Positions 61,830-64,000 of a DNA stretch of 64,000 nucleotides are shown in pieces; within the stretch, counting starts at the first letter, position 1; every line of letters starts with the position of its first letter. The stretch is from NCBI GenBank assembly GCA_964187785.1, contig OZ076412.1, positions 37,510,001 to 37,574,000 on the forward strand, in the 5' to 3' direction. The DNA is from Amphiscolops sp. MND2022 (lineage: Eukaryota). Under the pieces are notes generated by a model that had not been told where the DNA came from, ran no database searches, and saw nothing but the letters and a program-made list of their open reading frames with translations. A program made the translations under genes and the position numbers.

Positions 61830-64000
61830 CTCTAATCAGTCATCAAAAAATCAGCCTCAAATGCATCAACCTAAATGAATCGGACTCGAATGAGTCAGAC
61901 CAACCCAGTCGCCACACCCCACTACAGAAAATGGCCGGCTACATTGTCTTGTTCAGTTTTGCCCTGAAAGAGACCACTGCTATAAAATCCGTACAACGCT
62001 TTCTAACCACGTTAACTATCATTGAAGTTTCTCGATGATCCGGACCAACAAGTCCAGAAATATTTGCCGAGTCTGGTCGTCGATTTTGCGTCACTTGCCG
62101 CGCAATGTTTGTCCAAACCCTCGAACACACCAAATACGTTTTCACAGAATCAATGCCCTTTTCCAACAATTTAATGGGAGATAAACCTCCCTACCAAACA
62201 GTTACTTGCCAAACGGAGAAAAACCAAGTTTCGATGAAATTCTCGAAAATGCCCAGAACACAACTCGTCATTTTCCACGGACTTGCCGAGTCAGATTCGC
62301 TAAAGCGCTATCTCAAGTTTGTGACAAAATCCTGAATCGGCCTCAGGAGGAAGAGGGTTACAAATTGCTTCTATCTTGCTCCAATCGTGTTTTCTTCGCT
62401 CACCAGTTCGTTAAGGTCACCCCAAGCAGGTGGCAATTGCAAAGTAGCATGAAAAACTGTTCAAACGCTGGTTAGAAGGAGACATTTGTGGGCCGAAAGC
62501 AAAGCGAAAATGAATCACCGAAGGAATAAAATACGAAAGCACGATTTTCAAAAACGCAATTTAGAGCGCGCTATCCTGATGGCTAAGGAAGGCAACCTCG
62601 GCATTGCCATACAGTCTTCAATCAAAAGGAATGGCAGAAAAAACGAAAATACACTTGATCATTCAATCGAAAAGCTCCTGAGTGGAAAGGTCGTAACTTC
62701 TGAACAACCTCTCCCGAAAAATACAGCTCTGAAAACCTCTACTGAACGTGTCCTCAAGGAAATTGCCTCATTAGCTGCCGGAAGCTCTCCAGGGCTTTGA
62801 ACAACTCCAACTGCTTTGTCTCACTAGTGTCTCAAAACTGTCTAAAACGTTCACATCAGTGGTTAATGTTTTCCTGTCAGGGACAACAACTTCCGCAGCT
62901 TCAAAGTACATGTAACGCCAACCTAATTGCGCTAAGCAAAAACAGTGACACGATTCGTCCTATTGCAGTGGGGGAGACTATCAGACGAATCGTTCCGAAA
63001 GTTGCATGTAGTTCCGTACCTTCGGACGCAAGGTGCCTATTAGAGCGTAATTCACAGTGTCCGTGTGACTGCATCAAAGCAAATGATCATAGAAACGACA
63101 TTGCGATGCTAAAAATTGACTTCACAAACGCTTTCAATTTAATAGACAAGCAAACTTTCATAAACGAGGTTAAACGAAATTCCCCAGCATATATATCTGG
63201 TGGTGCGTTGTTATGGCAAAGAAAGCTTATTTGGCTATGATGGCTTCACGATACAGATTTCTTGCGGCGTTCAATAAGGTGATCCTCTTGGTCCACTCTT
63301 GGTCCCAGCGTTTGCCCTAAACACACTAGCTGCAAAAATCAACGCTTCGTGCTCACTCGGACATTTGGTTCTTCGAGCACGGAACCTTCATTGGTTGCAA
63401 AGCCGATCTACTAAAAGCAATGGATACTTTATTCACAGTTGGAAAGCAGTCCGGATCCGAAGTAAACTTTTCTGGCTCAATGACACCGATACATATCTAA
63501 GTTCCTCGGCGACACTAGGCGCCTCCCTACAACAAGAGTTGACCTTTTAGGTTCACTCATTGGCTCTCCGGAGTCGCAGGAGCGTTTTCTAGGGAAAAAA
63601 CACTTAAAGTGACTGCCCTTCTCGAAAGACTAACAGAACTGAACGAGTCCTAAATTGAGTTTGCAATTCTCAAAAATTTCTTGTGTGTCTGCAAGAATAA
63701 CCACCTTCTGCGAAACCTTCCTCCCATACGATCACATAGTTTACAAGTCCTCGACCAACACCTTCGTGTTTGCTTGGTACGCATGAAAAGTCGTCCAATC
63801 ACTGACCTCCAATGGCAGTTGGCTCTCCTTCCGACATTTAATGGAGGCTTGGGTCTGCGATGTGACTCAAACACGCAATTAGATGCCTACTTGGCGTTTG
63901 CTTGACAACAACCTGCGAGACCGTGCGCGCCGAAAAACATCAACTATTCCAACGCATCAACGTGGCCGTTCATGGTTCTGTCAAAGGGTGCCGATCAGAG
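61830..64000 (+). mobile_element. Decayed non-LTR retrotransposon, CRE/NeSL-like (restriction-like-endonuclease group), truncated by the window end
   Basis: N-terminal C2H2-like finger HCLVQFCPERDHCYKIRTTLSNHVNYH (~61943-62022); RT motifs IRPIAVGETIRR (62953), LKIDFTNAFN (63109), GVQ*GDPLGPL (63266), degenerate WFFEHGT at the YxDD position (63366), and WQLALLPTFNGGLGLR (63813). Many stops and frameshifts. Confidence 0.85.

Overview
AT-rich eukaryotic, animal-like genomic DNA dominated by transposable elements; the taxon cannot be fixed from the sequence alone. No rRNA, intact tRNA or CRISPR array was seen. Main content: (1) a decayed plus-strand Ty3/Gypsy retrotransposon (~12.4-20.9 kb). Its protease is split by a 1.7-kb Helitron-like insertion, and 1.62 kb of it was later duplicated in tandem. 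(2) A full-length minus-strand Ty3/Gypsy element (36051-41308) with 193-bp LTRs, a GTCTG target-site duplication and a tRNA-Ser-type PBS that overlaps the apparent gag start codon. (3) A decayed DD37E Tc1/mariner transposase (~30.7-31.4 kb). (4) A decayed CRE/NeSL-like non-LTR retrotransposon running off the right end. (5) Many non-autonomous elements: CCC...GGG MITEs with 2-bp TSDs, foldback elements built of 14-16-bp units, and an abundant family with Helentron/DINE-like ends that carries an internal tRNA-derived Pol III head. (6) A 31-bp minisatellite with a 184-bp higher-order repeat, an 87-bp-arm hairpin, and a spacer-less 149-bp palindrome joined to an inverted duplication. (7) Two phase-compatible small minus-strand exons of an unidentified host gene, one enclosed by near-identical inverted MITEs, plus several decayed reading frames. 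Nothing here proves a new biological system; the best candidates are the Helentron-like/Pol III chimera family, the gag-ATG/PBS overlap and the inverted-repeat structures. All alignments and counts were done by eye.
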